Below the pieces are notes generated by a model, which did no database searches, was not told the DNA's origin, and worked only from the letters and a program-made list of their open reading frames with translations. The translations under genes and the position numbers were made by a program. This document shows positions 16,031 through 46,400 of a stretch of 64,000 nt of DNA, piece after piece. Source of the DNA: Tubiluchus corallicola (taxonomy: Eukaryota; Animalia; Priapulida); assembly GCA_030141605.1 (NCBI GenBank), contig JAQGDQ010000353.1, forward strand, positions 182,792 to 246,791, in the 5' to 3' direction. Positions within the stretch are counted from its first letter, which is position 1. Each line of letters opens with the position of its first letter.

Positions 16031-18487
16031 TATATCAGATGTCAGAGTTAGAAATATTTTATTCAAAAAATAACATTTAAAATATAACGGAATAATTTTC
16101 TTGAATTTTGGTTTGGTTTTTAATCACTAAGAATTCACATGTCAAATATCTGACTAAACTCCACGTTTTTGGTAGCTCTCTTAAGTGATGCTGACTGGCA
16201 TAATTACTATGCCTGAACAGACACTGACAGTTCCTTCCTTTTTAGTCATAGCCTGTGATTTCAGTAAGTGCTAAAGTAGTAGTGTCATCATGTTTGCAGC
16301 AGAAACAAGAGAAAAAAACAAGAGCAACAGATACTTCGCGTACGTAAAGAGTATTTGTAAAATTAACAGCAAATAAATTCTAAAATCTGATTATAAAACT
16401 ACTATTTCGTGTTTATCTTTACATAAGTCCAACAACAACCATTACCCTTTTTAGGCATTACAAAGCAAAAAACTATACACACTTTATGTGTAAGTACAAA
16501 TATTTTTTGTAGGACGGGTATTCCTGAATTCACAGGTATAAGATACAACGTAATTGTAAAAATATAACCTAAAGTATTTAAAATACTGGCAATATTACTA
16601 AAAAGCTTACTATTTTTATTAAACACGAACTACAACAACACAAAAATTTTACTTTCTATGGTTAGGGGCAAGTTTAACTGTTGATTCGACTACTCAGTAG
16701 CATAAGCATCGAGTATAAACTTCGCGACACCAACGATGCATGCACTGAACGACATAGATCCAGGAAAAACAGGGTATATTCCTCTAATAACTTTATGGTT
16801 TAACCAACCAGTAAGTTAACCACAGTTAGTAACGCAATTTTTGCAAAAGGAAGGGGCACAAAAATAACTAGAAAGAGTACAGAACAATTTATTGTATTAA
16901 AATAAATTGAATTCACTTATTAAAATAAAATAAATAAAGTGTCCCTTGTAATTTATTTAATGTAGTGAAATTGTTGAAGAATTGAAATTAATCTGACTCA
17001 GTTTCGAAGATCGTTGAGGAGAGATTGTCAAAAACCGCGTTTGGTTATGGTTAGGTTTCTTAGACTTAGCAAACAACCAAGTTTATTGCTAAATCAGTTA
17101 TGAATCTATGTTGCCCCAATATTTTTGTGTAAGCCTTGTGCGTCTGTTGGGGGTTATGATTGGAGTTATATCAGCTTTAGAAATCCACTGGACATCAACC
17201 CTGTTACACACTAAAGTTATTAAAAAAACAGAGTACAGGTGTAATGCCACAAATATATCATCATCATTTATCATCACCTTAACTAAAACCATTGTTACAC
17301 CCTGTATAACTATGAAATAGCAGTGTCCTGATAATGTTTGCTGGATTTACTGCACTGCTTATATGAAAGTTGCCTTATGTTGGCCTACCCAGGGTTTGTA
17401 GTAATGGGCATTATGACGATGAATTAAAAATAAAACAAAATAAATAATAAATCTGTAAATTAATTGTAAACATTCATGCATATATTTCCATGTAACAGTT
17501 TTCGCCACTTTTCTGATAATTTAGAAACCACATTGAAAATATGAAAATTGGTTCTACAATGCTGTCCAGTGATAGTGCGCACCTAAGAATTACCATAATT
17601 ACCTTTTTTAAAATAATATTCATTTAGGTAAATCATGAACTGCGGTTTTGAAGGTAGACTTCTTCTCTATACTGTGTGTAAATATCAGATAGTGGCGGTT
17701 AATTTTAAATATACTATAGTTAAAAAAATTCTTTAATTTTCATGCAGGCTATTTTAATCTTCGCTTATCTTCGTTTTAGATTATTGTATCCACAATAATG
17801 TATGTAGATTTACTGCACTGACATCACGTATTTAAATGTGCTTTTTACTTACTTCTAACTACATTGATTTTACTCTGCCTATTACATATACTTCGGTAAA
17901 TAAGTCTGCCATGTTCTACTGTAACTGAATACAAGAACAGCAAAGCAAAATTATCAAAATAACTTAAAATAATCGAAGGGATGAAATTAAAACAATGGGT
18001 TTAGAAAAATGAAACAATGGGTTTATAAAATGAGATATTGTTTTCTTCCTCGTTTGTGGCTGATCGTTGTTTTTAGATCACTTTTACTTTGACAGTTACT
18101 TTTTAGGTAATAAGTATGTAGGAACTTCATTAATTGGCAAGAATGGGCATTTAGGAACCAGAGAACAAGATAAATGATCACTGATTTTCAATTAGCAAAG
18201 TTAAGCAGTGTCGAACATAGTTAGAAAATGGATAAGTAACCGATTAAAGACACTTGGCTTCTGGGCAGTTTCATCTAGCTCATCTATCATACAATTCCGA
18301 TTATTTATTTCGTCGTGGGAGCGTGTACGTAAACACTTTTGGTTTCTAAGTACACTTGAAGCTTGATCTACATAATTCTCGGTTATTTGGTACGTTGAAG
18401 GAGAGTATACCTGAAGCCTACATCCTAATGCATGTTAAGACAATTCTGCTAGTTAATATTTTATCTTGTGATGTTATTTTCAGTAAT

Positions 18488-18590
18488 TAGCTAGATTCTT
18501 ATCTTGCCACAATCATTCTACATTCTGTCCTGCCTTGATTAGCTAGATTCTTATCTTGCCACAATCATTTTACATTCTGTCCTGCCTTGA
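18488..18590. repeat. ~51-bp tandem duplication
   Basis: ttagctagattcttatcttgccacaatcattctacattctgtcctgccttga, two copies. Confidence 0.9.
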
Positions 18591-19506
18591 GTGTTATACT
18601 GTGGAAAATGAGCGAAAAAGTCCTAGAAAATAAACATGGTATTTTTAGTGATTTAACGTGATTGTTACGAGTCATACCACAATCCTGGTACAGATTATGC
18701 AAAACAAGGCATCATTGATAAATCTTTAGAGCTGATGTCAACATTGCGCAATCTATTATCTTTCTTCTTACCATTTCCACTAACACATCCTTCCACCCTT
18801 CCTGTGTGATCTAACCTTTCTCCCAGTTCTTTTTTTGTTCACTCATCCATTCTTTTTTATCTGGTTCACATGACAGTGGGCTTATACAAGCCTTTGCTTC
18901 TCTAGCCCACTGCAGTACAATTATTCTTTTATGATAACGATAGTGTATGAAACATAAGAATTTAATACAGTAGATGTAATAATTTTGATGTCACTGTGTG
19001 CTTAACGTCATAATATTGTACTGAATGTGATAATAATAATAATAAAAAATAAAAAAGGAAGAACGAATTAATACGTGTGTTGTTTTTGTAGATATAGATT
19101 AGTTACACAAAACAAAATTAATGATCTTATTTTTAAGTAAGTTTGTGCGGCGTATGTTGTGGCACAGCAGCAGACAGGTGAAACGAGCCAAGCATGCGCA
19201 TGTCTGCTTGGTCAAGTTGGGCTAGCGATGGAGTCATATCTGCCTACCTGGCCGTGAATGAATGAGTAATAATAACTGTCAAACCTGTTCTAAAGCACAG
19301 GCGTGCATTGAACCTTATGCACCTGGGGTGTAATGAAAAGGAAAATGTACAGGATAGTTCGGCATTTTTCTGGCGTAGCCATGTGATATTACGAATTTTG
19401 GTGCTAGCAATAACTCAGTTAGATTAAATTATCATGAATTTTTGCGAAAAAATGCAGAATGTTTCAAATTAAACTAATCATATAAGTTACAACGTGCTTT
19501 CGAAAT

Positions 19507-36060
<16,554 letters not shown>

Positions 36061-37490
36061 CTCAGTTAATTGCGGTAGGGTCAATTGTTGTGACCATATC
36101 TGAGTTTTTAGTAAGCTAAATTAACAGATGTTAGTATCCATCAGCAAAGTCTGAAAAAACTATTATTATTAGATTGACAGAAAATTTTTGATAATATTAA
36201 GCATGGCAGTCAAACTTACGGCCTTCTGATTTTCAGTTACTCAGCCAGTGAAAATTTTACAAACGAGTCACGGTAGCTTCCTCCTACTGAAGCTGCTGAA
36301 CTTGTCCATGCAGTTTGATAATTGAGACAGTTTAGATAAATCTAAATCTCAGTAATTTTTAACCACGAAGTTCTAAAGTCTCACAAGCTATCTTAAATTT
36401 AAAAAATTCTCTAGCCATGTGTAGCCTGTCTCACAGCTTATTTAGAGGATTATTGTAATTTATGGATCTTATTTTCAGGATTACTGTTTTTCATCCCCGT
36501 GATTTTTTTCTCAATGAAGTATTCAAGATTACATGTTTATAGCATTAACAGTCTCTCGATGCTGTCAGCACTAGGGAATAAATTATTATTGATTCGCCCA
36601 TGGCGAATAACGAGACAGTTTTATATGAACGAAGTAAAAGATGACTTAAATTATTTTAATGAGAACTATAATAATTATAAGTCTTTGAATGATATGCGTA
36701 CTGTGTGAACATAATAGTACAACGACATTCAGAGGTCCTATTAATTGTTATTGAATGGAGAATTTTTTTAAATAAAAAATTATATTTCTTTATAAAATTA
36801 TGGTTACATTTGCTTGGAGTTTACCTATTGGTAACATTCATCTACAGTAATCTACAACGTAACAAATAACACACAATACTAGTGATAGCTACAGAAGGAA
36901 ACCAGCAGAGTAAATTTATAAAGCATTAAGAAGACTGTCAACATTAAAAAAGAACGCATCATATTACCTGAAAAAATGCAAAATATCTACAGAGCAGAGA
37001 GTTCACGTGAAAAGTTAATGTTGCTGTAGAACTTGTTAAAATCGCATGATGATAAATCAGTTAAGCTTGCAAAAATACCAGAAAAAAAGAAACAGATATC
37101 CTAATGGTTACTCCCTTTTACTCAGAGATGAAAAAAATCATTACTAAGAAGCCATCAACTGGAAACGCTTATAGAAGAATATTTGCTACAAGGAACTAAA
37201 CAACAACGAAAAGGAAAGTTAAAAAGAGACTATAGGTGATTGTAATTCAGCGAAAGATCTGGCAGGTGGGCATTCTAATAACTGTAAAATAAACCTACCC
37301 TAAACAGGTTACTGAAATCAGTAAGCTTAGACTTAGTAACCGTAACTATTTTGTAACAATAACAACAATAACGTATTCGCCATAAACTTACTAAGGCCAA
37401 GCTCTAAATGTCAAATAAACCACAGTCGAATAAAGTCGTTAGACGTTGGGAACAAATCTGGGACTGGGTTTACATCGTATGGTTGTAAAT

Positions 37491-40400
37491 ATGGCAATTA
37501 CTTCCCCTGTAAATAAATTTTACTTTTCAAAGGAAGAGGAAGAAGAAATTATTCGATCACCAACATTACTGCCATGGGATAGGTTTTCAAACTGGATACA
37601 TTGCGTTTGTGTGATAACGTTTGATTTGGAACTTGGACAAGCAATGGAGGTGAAATGTTATTTGTATTATGCTTATTATTAATTGGTTATTACTCTGTCT
37701 ATTACTATTACTTAGTATTACTATTAATATTACTTAAGTTATGCTAGTAATAGTATTACTACCAGTATTAAGCATGTGGCCGACATCTTCGTCCTGTTCG
37801 ACTTATAAGAGCAATGTAAATAAATGGATAAAAATTTTAATGGACTTTCTCTGCCTGGTATGTGACCTTAATCAAATGTGAGCTGCATAGTAAATCTGTA
37901 GCCACTTACCAGATTGTAATAATGCTGGCACCATTACCATGGATGGAGGAGAAAAATGGAATTGACACAATGCTAAAGCCTTCATTTTTGCAAAACTCTG
38001 TAACACAAAAATTGGTTCGGTACCAGCAGATACGACGGAGGCCAAGCAGACTATAACTCTTCTGACATCCATCCACGAAACAAAAGAATCATGTGTAAGA
38101 AAAACAATACCTTTGTTGCCAAATTACCTGAAGAAGATTCAAAAACAATAATGAAGTAATGTGGTTTCTGCTTCACACAACCACAGCAAAATTTCACATT
38201 GAAATTTATACCTTCTTTCACAGTCGTGTTTTTGTGCAAGATTTATCAAAAATTCTTTTCTTGGGCACTTTTCTTGCGAGTTTTATTTTGAATGCTTTGT
38301 CCGTCATCCTTCACAACTTCTTGAATGATGGTAATTTGTCTTTCTTTCTGGAATCTGTCTAAAATAATTGTATAAATTGCCTTGCACATCTATTAAACCA
38401 GCTTGGGAAATGAATGCTATAATAGCCGATGACTTGTTTTTAATGTACAGTAAGTCATTGCTTAACGACACTAATTTTTTTACACCTTTTTTCACTTTTT
38501 TCTTTTCAACAATTATTTTTTAACTTTACTTTAAGCACTACATCTTGTTTACCGCAAGCAATTCTAGATTTTTTTATAAAATAATGAGAGGGGGGAAATG
38601 GACGAAAAATAGCTGAAGGAGAGCAACCAGAAGAGAAGTTTCAGAGTTAGAGTTTAGGTTTCACACTTTAGTTACTCATTAGTTTTTTAATTAACAAGTA
38701 GGTAATGTATGACTAAGCAATGAACCATATAAAGTGTTTCATTTATAGGGTTCATTAATTTTTCTCTTGCAGCATAATTGAACATTTCTATATAGCCGCC
38801 CTTCAGTGATTTTTGTCCCCCTGCAATAAAGTGAACGCCTTTAAATAGCCAAGCACTATTGATTTTTGCTTCTGAAATGCAACTTAATGCATTTACGTTA
38901 TTTCTTATCAATGTAAAGCTTTGTTTCGTTTAGCGATGTTTCACTTGACGCGTTTCGTTGGAACGCATTATTGTCATTGAGAGAGAGCTTACCATAGTTA
39001 CATTTGACATTGAGTTTCTGCTAAGCTTGTTTTTATGGCTTTTCATTTACTTGAACTCATTGCTGCTATGCTTAAACTGCTAGACCTATAAATTTAACTT
39101 TTGCAGACAAAAACTAGTGTTTTGCAGTACCGTACTGTGGAATTTCAACTTTATAGGGCACATGTTTCTAATGCTATTGTAGCCTAAACTTCGACGCATT
39201 TTTTCTGCACCATCTTAAAAGTAAATTTTTATTTGAGATCAACATGTGATAACCCTATGACTTTTGCTACTTTATAAATGTTGTCTGCCTAACCCAGCAT
39301 AGCTTGCAAATGTAAAACACAAAAATTTCTTTTAGTTTTCACGTAAATAATATAGTTATTTGTCTAATATTCATGTTTCTTGCAGATGGTGTACCCAGGT
39401 CATATCAAGCTAACAGAAAGAGAGGTAAGTTCGTAAAAATGTGCTTAAATTTTGGTAATTTTTAGTAGATGGTAAATGCCTTTAGCAGCTGTAATCTTGG
39501 CAGAGCATGCCTGTAGTTCTGGGCTTTCTAATAGTAGCTCTAATCTTGGCAGAGCATGCCCATAGTCTTGTGCTCTCTTTTCACTTGTTTTTTTTATTTT
39601 CGTGAGTGTTTGTAGAATTGTAATAGAAATTAAATCTAACTTGGATTTTTATTAATTGCACATGGTAATAATTACATAGTACTTTAATAAATTATATGTA
39701 ATACAGTAGGCACTGTTTATTAGATTCACAGTTAGTAGAATCAGTTGCCTCCTAAATATCTGGTATGTCCTGCTTCTAGTCGAAATCATATAAAAATTGT
39801 CAGCAACTGACTCAAATAACTCTGCATAATTGACTCAGGTACTTAAAATAATAAATTTGTGTGTTATCAAAGAGCTTTTGCTAGTTTTGTGCCACCTTTA
39901 CTTCGCTTTTGTGCCGTCTTTACTTTGCTGTTGTGCGCTATAAGATACGTAGAAGTAATCATGTTAAGTACCCTTTTGTTTGAAAGCAGGTACATTCGTC
40001 ATGCATTATTAATGCTAGTTAGCGGTTTTGCTGTGAATCTGTCTCCGGCTCATTTGCTGCAGTTAACCTCAGTCAGTCAGTTAACTGTTGCTGTTATGTC
40101 AGTAATGTCACTGATGGAGCGACAGTAATCTGTTGGTATTTTTTGCAGTTTTACAAGTGTAAATATTATATGCAGCTAAGAGCATAAATACTTGATTTTG
40201 AAAAATACAGTAGAAAATGATCATAAAGGCTTCATGTTTAAAGCTCTTGCTGCCTTTGCAATGCATAATAAGTTGGTAAGTGATGACTCATACTTCTGTA
40301 CAAGTAATACTACATCAGTCGGCTAATATTTTCAGCCAGTTAGTTGGGTCAAAACTTATGAGATGAGTGTTGAAATTCGCGTGATGTATTTTGATGTATT

Positions 40401-43400
40401 ACGTAGAAAGTCTTTCTTAGTATGTAGTATCTTTAATGTGCCAGAAAATTTTAGTAAGCGATGCTAAATTTACATCGCACATAAGACAGCAATGGTGGAG
40501 ACTATTATAGTAATTTTCATGTTTATCTAAGTTTGTGTGTATTGTTTTTTTTTGTTTTTATGATGTTGTATGTTGTATATATGTAAGTTATAATATGAAC
40601 TTATGTTTGAAATAAAGAAATCAAATAAAAAAATCTTCCATCCCCAAGTGAGGCTATTAAGCATTGCCTACTGTAATTCTAAATATGTAGACACCCATCT
40701 GTGTGAGTAAGTGTTTTACTTGTTATCAAAATCAAAATGCTATTTTTAGATAAATGCAAGATTGACCCTATTCTGTTGCCCACTAATTTATAGTACATGT
40801 ATTTTCTATACTTAATTATATAGCAAATGTCACGATTTTAAAAATTATTAATGTTTACTAAATTAAACTGATAACATTAATGCCCACCAGTGTCTAAAGA
40901 TCATTTTATCTATATGCGCTAAAGAATAGCAGACTAGGTGACTTTATAGCCTTTTCGCTATCCTTTCTCTAGTTCTAAATCTGTCTATTCATTTCAACCA
41001 TTCTTCAAAATTTATTAGTGATTCTGTTGTTAATAATGTTTCATTGTAGTATTATAAAGAGATAAATAAATTAAAATTGAATTGAACAAAATAAATTAAA
41101 ATTGAATTGAACAAGTTATTACAATCTTTTTTGTTGCTCTTTTTGATAATAACAAAAATACTGCTACAATAGCTGTAGCTTGTAGGAAGTTTTGATTTCA
41201 TATTAGCAAATCAGAAAAGTGCTGGGTGCTGCTGTAAAATAACTAGCCAGCAACAGTAAAATTTTGCTTTTGTTTTTTTCTAATTTTCAGCATTAACAAA
41301 TATGATGCATTAGACACCATTAGTTTATTAAACCAAGATTCATTTGCAACATTTCTATAATAGTGAGTACTTTAAGAATGATAATTTACTACTGTTTTTT
41401 TACAGAAAACCAACATATGCTATTTATCTTTTCCGGACTCCAATTCAGGTAAGTGGAGCACAGATGGGAGCATTTAATTTACAGTTTATTTTTAATTTTG
41501 ATTTGTAGTTTTAATCTTTAGTTTTTATTTTTTATTTTTATGGTTCAAATTTTAACAACTTTATTCAGAAGTTAAGTATACATTTATTTATTTCCACTCT
41601 GCATCTAACAATAAAAATACAGATAATTTCACTGCAGTAAATATAAATATAAATGCAATATTATCCAGAAATTACAAAAGCGATTCTTACGCAGCATATA
41701 CATGTACAAATTACATTACAGAATAATTTTGATGCATACAGTTTGAGCCTAAAAGCATAGCTTGACAGGCCAAACTGTACGTGGAAATCTTAAATAAGTG
41801 ATTAATAATTGAAATAATGATAATATATACATAAAAGTGTGGGGGGAGTAGTGAATGAAAGATGAAATGGAGCGAGAACTAAGAAAAACTGTGATCATGA
41901 TTATAAAGTGTTCAGTAACCTGTTGAGCATAGTCACATTTTATTAAGATTACTGTGGAAAAAGAACACAGGTGATTACCATTATCAAACTGTGTTACTCT
42001 CAATACTTTTCATTACCACTAAGTCACAGTGCTGAAATCTGTTTGTACACTTGAAAGTTTCCAATATATGTATGTACTTGCTACTGCTATATGTTTGTAT
42101 GGAACTGGGTCACTTGGCTTCTCTGTGAATTTAGTAGTTTTTCACACTTGGTAGCAAGATTAGAGGACAAGCAATGGGCTTAAACAGTTGTGTGGTGATC
42201 ATAACGTTTTGACTCAGGTGCCATGATATGTGTTGGCTGATGGATTTACTTTAACTTTTGTTTACTACTGTTGATTATGTTTACCATTTTCGAGTATATG
42301 TGGATTGACCATGAGACTATGATTATGAGTAAAATACAGATTGCAATACAGAACTTTTTAAGTGAAAGATTATAAAAAACCAAATTAGTGTAGGATCAGA
42401 AAAGCCATCATGTTTTCTTTTAATAACATTGAAAATCCATAATTTAACTAGTTAAAGCTTATTCATTTCTATCCGTAATACATTTTTCTTTGCTATAGGT
42501 TGCATGGGTGACACACAGTTTTTCTTTCGAATACGTGAATGCCCCGGTAGAGCTAAACGTCTGTGTCAGGCTCATCGCAAGTATAACCAGTCATGTCCTG
42601 TTGCATTACAGGTTAGTGTTAGCATTACTGAGGGACAACAAGGTTTCACTAATTGAATATTCGAGATTGGAATATTTGCTGATAGATGGCGCAGCTTTTA
42701 GGAATTTATTATTAAACTTCATACACCCCTTCTGGGATATCAATGTACTGATAGTACATATACAACAGCTGTGGCAAAACGTGAAACCTTGTACAATAAT
42801 GACCAATACAATATCAAACATCTCAGAAAAAATGTAGTGCTGCCATCTAGTACTAACGAATGAAAGTTATTCGGTAACTTTACAAGCATACTGAGTTAAT
42901 TGTCTTTATTTAAACTGCAACATTATATACTTATCAAACTTAGGTAAGTTTGACAATATTTTGACATTTTTACAAGTGAATAATTCACCCATTTTTATTC
43001 ACTTTTTCCAATGTGAGTTAGACTATTATTGGATGAATTTTTTGATGAGTGCTTTTTGTTATGATTAAGTCAATTCAGAAAAATAAAAGCTCGGTTTTCT
43101 TTAATTTACTGAACACATTTCTTGTATGAGTCTGTACCATAGAAGCATGTAGTTGAAATAACTTTAATTACTTTGTGTTTATTCTGTAGCCAATTTTCAC
43201 TTATTTTAATTCTAAAAATAACTTCCCTACATGCAAGACATTCTGTGTGTTTGCACCCTAAGTATGGCGGCGCTTACAATGAATTTATCAAAATAGATAG
43301 CAATTTAAAGTTAATTTGTTTAAAGGTTGTAATTGGTTTTGTATAATTAATTAATTAAATTGTGCTCGTGTCGTAAAATCGGACAGTCAAAAATTGACGA

Positions 43401-46400
43401 CTTCCTGTATGAGTTACTTTGATTGCTGGTTTGAGGGATATTTCCATGCTAATGCTAATGGAATGGTTAAGTATGTTATAAAGCAAGGGTGTGCAAATTA
43501 TCTGACTAGCCGGGCCATATTAAACTTTCCCGCAATGCCTGTAGGCCACATGCAGTTTGGTCAGTTCGGACCTAATAACGATTTTTTTGCATCCGATTTG
43601 CGCACATCATTACTACTGCACTACTACACTCAAGAAACTATTTTAGAAGTTATTAAAATTTATATTATAAACCATCTATTTCATTAAGTGACAACGGTCT
43701 TGTAAGAGTTAATACCATCCAATCTAGATGAAAAAACTACCCGCACTATCTTTGCAATATTGGCGCGGACTTCAGCTGGATCGCGTGGGCCGCACTTTCA
43801 TTACATTGACAAACCTCTTCGTGGGCCCCACAAGATCTCTCGGCGGGCCGCAGTTTGGACACCCCTGTTGTAAAGTAATTTGCCCAAGTATTGCTATTTT
43901 AGATTTTTTACACATTTGCAGATTGACGGAGGATATTATTTTGGTTATGTGTACTTCAGACAAGTCAAGGATCACACTTTGCGGCGGGGCTACTTTCAAA
44001 AGGTGACATTATAAACTTACGGTTGTTAAGTGTTTTTGCACCAGCATGACAAAAACAATGCAACTTTTTAACAATAATTTTGTGCTACCTTCTTATAAAA
44101 AAATCTCCAACAACATAATTTTGTAGCTTGTATCGTTTAATCTGAAAACAAATATGATAATTTTATATAATTTTGCTCAATTTTACGGCGAAATCTAAAC
44201 CAAATTGATCTAATTAACTTTAACAAACTTTTACGCAAATTATAAAATCTAATCTCTAGTCTTTTTAATAAACAAAGGTTCAAGATTTAAGAAATTTATA
44301 AATCAACTTACATGGTGATCTTCTATAAGTGTAATTATGAAATTATAACAACGAATCAATGAATGACGCTAAACAATCTGTCACTGCAGTGTGTCAATGC
44401 CTGAGTGACTCCAATCTACAGGTAAGTGTACATTTAAAAGACAGGTCACATGACCTGTTTAAAAGGAAACCAGTTTATAACAGAAAAGAGGGTGCAATAC
44501 AAGTCTAAATCAGCACAAATTTTCTCAAGCTTCTGTTTGTCAGTGTGCATTCTGCACCTCAACTTCAATGTGGATTTTCTCAGGTTAGAAATAAGATAGA
44601 ACATTGAACTTGGTATCAATATAATTCTCATGAAATAGAGATTTGGGATATGTGAATAACTAAAAAAGCTTAACTGCCGATTTTTAGACATTTTAGTTAT
44701 TCAAACATGTTGAGACTGTGCACCAAAGTCAGAGTAGATTCCCAATTCAAGTGTCTTCTAATCTGCGTTAAGTTATAATTTGCTTTTGTGCCAATTTTGT
44801 TGACGTGTTTACTAAAGTTAACGTTTTTACTAAACTATGCGCCAAGATCTTTAACTTGTGACACAGCTGAAAATTTACAGCCAACAACTATAATATGGTT
44901 AATCATTAACTAAGTTGACGTTGTGTGTCACGAAAAAATGTTCATTTTGGTGTCATTCAGTTCTAACAGCTTCAGGCTACAAACTCAGTTTACTACATTT
45001 AATGCATTAACTGAGGATCATCAATGAAACCTATCACAAACTCATTTGGTTTATAAATAATTTCAGACAGGGAACTAGCATACATAAAAACAAGAAAAAG
45101 AAGAAAAAATGTATAAGTCAGAACAACATGGTAACAAAATCACAAAGTGTCTCAATGGCACTGAGAGACGAATGTAATTTGTGGCAAAAGCTAGTCATGT
45201 AACTGATTTAGTATAAATAAATTATCTTCTTTTGTACCTATCAGACATATTGGGCAGTGAACATTTCTAATAGCACACAGTGACAATATGCAAGTATGAC
45301 AAGTTGATTCTTGTGCTTAAAGGACAAGAAAAGAGGTACCTGAAGTAAGTTTCAGAAAAATCGCCCTAAAAAATTGTATTACTTTATAGCAATTTTATGC
45401 ATATATCTTACTCGCACTGAAAGGAATTTTAGTTTATTTTCATTTTAAATCTCCCGCAATACTGTTCCGAAGTCGCCATTACATGACGTCAAGTACCAAA
45501 CGTAAATCAAGGGAAGAAAAGGCAATGTTAAATTATATCTCAAAAGACTTTCCATGCAAATCTGTATTACGTAGATTTTTGCTTACCTGCTAGAAAGACT
45601 TATGTAACTAGAAAAGAAAATTATTAATTATTTAAAATGTTTTCACCAATTGGTAAAATGTCACTGACTCACCCTCCAGGGTGCACCACTCACTAACCAA
45701 AAAACGTATTTTTAATCTTATTGACAAGATACAGTTATTTTAAATTTTATTTAGTTAGTGACTTGTGTGCTACGAATGCTCTGATTATGTTTTCAAACTT
45801 TACAAAATGTTATCTAAACTTGTCTCAAATGACCTGTCGTGAAAATGGCTGCGTCTAACGGTCATTGCGGGAGTTTAAATTTACATGTTTTATACAGCGT
45901 GACTGCCGATTGAAGTCCTGCATGCAAAAAGGCAGTAAGTAAGTGATATAAAATTTCAAAACGAATTTTTCAAGCTTTATGTTTATGGGGGGTCTTCTTG
46001 TGCTTTAATTATGTAAGATATTTTGATGACTTAAATAATTAAGAACTCAAAAATTTTATACCATGACTACAATTTTTTATATGCATACCAGCTGTGTCAC
46101 AAATTTTAGATATATTTCTAAACAGGTGATGTTTTATATAGCACAACACAGATTTTTGGTCTTTTCTGTTTGTTACAACAGTTCTTTCTACTTTCTGTTA
46201 TTTCTTTTCATCTTTAATTTATTTTTATGCAACAGCCGTGAAAACAAATTATTTTTTGGCAGAGCGTTGTAGTACTTAGCAAGCTCCCTTTCCATAGTGT
46301 GTTTACTCACCTGGTTGGTGTCATTGCGCCTGAATATTTTGAAAAAGCCGAGCCAAGCATAGAAGCGGCTTGTCACGACATAGACCAATGGCCAGAACCG

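Noticed and set aside
36820-38470. Coding-like purine-biased stretches around DENND6 exon 1
   Set aside because: All frames examined have stops and no family motif could be assigned; possibly decayed transposons.
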